Assembly (NCBI GenBank): GCA_034780895.1
Contig: JAUZTB010000094.1
Coordinates: 2,023,246 to 2,087,245, forward strand
Source of the DNA: Rhynchobatus australiae
Taxonomy: Eukaryota
Direction: 5' to 3'
DNA length: 64,000 bases
The position numbers and the translations under genes were made by a program. Every line of letters starts with the position of its first letter. The first letter of the stretch is position 1. The notes below the pieces were generated by a model. The model worked only from the letters and a program-made list of their open reading frames with translations. It was not told where the DNA came from and ran no database searches. Shown here one piece after another: positions 61,050 to 64,000 of this stretch.

Positions 61050-64000
61050 AAAAAGTACAAAAGATTCCATTTAAAATATTTAATGTTTTTATTGCAATGT
61101 ATCCAGTAAAAAAAACATTGAATTAACAAGAAGAACCTCCACCAACACATCCACAGCTTGTCATCGTGCAAACCACAAGTCTGTATTGACAGAAATTTTG
61201 ATGCATTGATTTAAAATGCAAGGCAATTTCGGTACTTTAATTAATAAGGTTGTCCTCCACCCCCCCTAAAATCACTCCTGATGCTAAAGCCACTCAGATC
61301 TAGTCACTGGGGTGTTTGGCTCAGAAGGCAGCATGGAGCCACAAAAACCCTCCTCCAGATCATCTATTGTGCGACAGCCAAGAACGAACAAAAGCTTGGC
61401 CAGCATCTACAATGCAGGATTGGGCTGAATAGAGCACAACAAAGCTGCAAAGTAACATTCTACAGAAATATTAACAGGTCAACACAAGAACAAACCAAAA
61501 CAGGCTACGTTCCATGTCCACCAGAACAAGCTCCATTGCTTCTCCCTACATTAGGCAGCTGGTCACCAACACCACAAGGGAGCATCCAGAATGTCAAAAA
61601 CTGCCCCAAACACACCAGCATGCATTTCATTGGGTGGTGCCATTTGCTCAGACTCCTGAAGGTGCCAACTTTTGCCAGGGCACAGTTCTGCTCATCACAG
61701 TCAGTTTTAGTATCTCCCACACTGGTGATCAATTCTGGGATCTTCCTACTTTATACACTTCCATTATACATCAGGTGACAGGGTCACCAATCAACTTTGC
61801 AGTGTTTTGCTCAAGAGAAAGTACAGTCAGTTCTATCCTATTCTTCCCATTTTTGATCAATTAAAAGAAAATCAGGCACCACTGCCTTGGTAGAGTCCAA
61901 ACCAGTGTGAGAGATGGTACCAGGCTGCAAAAAAAAAAATCAGGGAGAACTTAATTGCTGTAGAGATGTGCAGTGCCAAACCACAGTTATCTACCAAGAA
62001 ACAGCACAGTCAACATTATAACAAGCAAACAGTAGGAGGTCAATATTACACATCACAAACAGTGATCTTGTTCCATTGCAGTATGACTGGTCCAGCAGAG
62101 CATTACAAAAGTTAACAGAATCAATCCATTCAAGGGAATGATAATAAACTGAAAATCTTTTAATGAAATAAGCATTGTTACACAAAGTCACCTTATTCAA
62201 AATGAGATCCAGTTCTAAACTTATTGTATTCCAGCAATTCTCCAGCACAGTCAGAATCCATCAGTCCAAACTCCAGCCCAGCTTTTCCAGCCTGCACATT
62301 TTGTTGTAAACTAAAGCCAGCATCCAGGTCTGTGTAATCCATAAACATAGGAATCCACCTCATTTAAAGCAACATAGCTGTCAACAGGCATTTGAGTTAG
62401 TATCTGTGTCAATGTAGGTACAGGGAGGCACACCACAGCTCAGAACTTGTACAAAGTGGTNNNNNNNNNNNNNNNNNNNNNNNNNNNNNNNNNNNNNNNN
62501 NNNNNNNNNNNNNNNNNNNNNNNNNNNNNNNNNNNNNNNNNNNNNNNNNNNNNNNNNNNNNNNNNNNNNNNNNNNNNNNNNNNNNNNNNNNNNNNNNNNN
62601 NNNNNNNNNNNNNNNNNNNNNNNNNNNNNNNNNNNNNNNNNNNNNNNNNNNNNNNNNNNNNNNNNNNNNNNNNNNNNNNNNNNNNNNNNNNNNNNNNNNN
62701 NNNNNNNNNNNNNNNNNNNNNNNNNNNNNNNNNNNNNNNNNNNNNNNNNNNNNNNNNNNNNNNNNNNNNNNNNNNNNNNNNNNNNNNNNNNNNNNNNNNN
62801 NNNNNNNNNNNNNNNNNNNNNNNNNNNNNNNNNNNNNNNNNNNNNNNNNNNNNNNNNNNNNNNNNNNNNNNNNNNNNNNNNNNNNNNNNNNNNNNNNNNN
62901 NNNNNNNNNNNNNNNNNNNNNNNNNNNNNNNNNNNNNNNNNNNNNNNNNNNNNNNNNNNNNNNNNNNNNNNNNNNNNNNNNNNNNNNNNNNNNNNNNNNN
63001 NNNNNTCTCAGAACGAACCAGTGATACATCCTCTCTGTCTCTGCTGTACATAGGAAAAAAAGCTGGCAGTGCAAGACTGCTTCTGTACAGATATCATATT
63101 ACCTTGGAGGCAGGATATATACCTGTTGTATCGGAGGGAGTACTTTACACCAAATGTACTTCTCCCCACTATAACATTCCCTCAAGAGATCCAAATATGG
63201 TGACCTGCTGCAACCCAATTATTTTCCAGACAGTTATGAATTGAACTGATCCTGAGTGGGTGACATCACCTTCACCAGTGCCCTTTCAGGTTAAAATGCA
63301 GAATGTTCACACTAAGCTTTACATTACAGAACTGAAGTGCCCTCAACCACAGTCTCAGGACTTCCTCCCACCTCTCCATTCAACAATCCACGAACTGGCC
63401 CAGCAGTATTACTTAACAGTTCAGGATCCAGAGTTTAGGATTTGCTACATAAAATCACCCAGAGCAAGATGCTATTGGCTCAGCACACAGCTTCCTCTAT
63501 AGACCTGAAATGGTAGGGCAATTGCGGAATAGTAATTTTTAAAAATCCCATTCATTTTGTACCCCATAATGAAGATTAAAATAAAAAAAATCATTATGAT
63601 ACTCGTGAATGTGATTGCTAAAAAAACCAAAACAACAAAAAAAGCAATCCTGTAGTTTACAAGGGTGGATTATACAGTGGACTTTAAACAGTCCTGTCCT
63701 GAACACACTAATTACTAAAGTTCTGCCTCAACAAGAAATGCAAGTAGAAAAAACAATGGCCAGTTCAGGTTTTGGCCAAGGGTTACATGGTTTCAAGGCA
63801 TCTCCCAAAACCCTTTAAATTGGTCAGCAAAAACAACACCACATTGAAGAGATTTTGGGCAGATTTCAACAATTGTTTGTGGGTCAAACAGCACAGAACG
63901 TTTGTTTTGCTACAGAAAGTCCTTTAAAGAGTCTAAACCGTCACCTTTATGATCATTCCACATTAGGGTCTTTTCTACAGAGTTCAAATTGCAGAAAGCA
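61050..64000 (-). other. Probable long 3' UTR and polyA site of a convergent minus-strand gene (CERS5 by synteny, unverified)
   Basis: AATAAA on the minus strand (tttatt at 61088-61093) followed by a U-rich element. About 3 kb with no recognisable repeats and U-rich tracts on the minus strand. No coding exon seen. Confidence 0.55.

Noticed and set aside
62409-63244. Long ORFs of 200-265 aa
   Set aside because: Composed mostly of N-gap codons.

Overview
Eukaryotic (vertebrate) genomic DNA with many N gaps. The repeat content (CR1/L2 LINEs, Penelope-like elements, tRNA-head SINEs, Deu-domain SINEs) suggests a cartilaginous fish, probably a ray or other batoid; this is my recognition, not a search result. 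The main feature is a + strand, multi-exon BAZ2A (TIP5) gene. I traced 23 coding exons from 8241 to 47337 with GT-AG sites and consistent phases, giving 1323 aa from the Met at 8249. Its domains are TAM/MBD, AT-hooks, DDT, WHIM motifs, PHD and bromodomain. Downstream is a complete COX14 gene (CpG-island non-coding exon 1 near 54250-54306, CDS 57225-57401), then the probable 3' UTR and polyA signal of a convergent minus-strand gene (about 61050-64000; CERS5 by human synteny, inferred only). Most ORF-track entries are spurious or repeat-derived. I see no prokaryotic-type system. The most notable observations are: (1) a tandemly duplicated partial exon that creates a basic 27-aa cassette in the PHD-bromodomain linker; (2) a CpG/CRE promoter-like exon at about 4.1-4.2 kb that could yield a BAZ2A lacking the long N-terminus, with an overlapping uORF; (3) loss of the TAM 'WY' tryptophan and of two AT-hooks; (4) a duplicated orphan terminal-exon-like block between BAZ2A and COX14; (5) an LTR-type insertion with a 5-bp TSD inside a SINE; (6) fold-back Penelope-derived mini-elements flanking a large exon. 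Repeat boundaries are approximate, and comparisons with human or mouse proteins are from memory.
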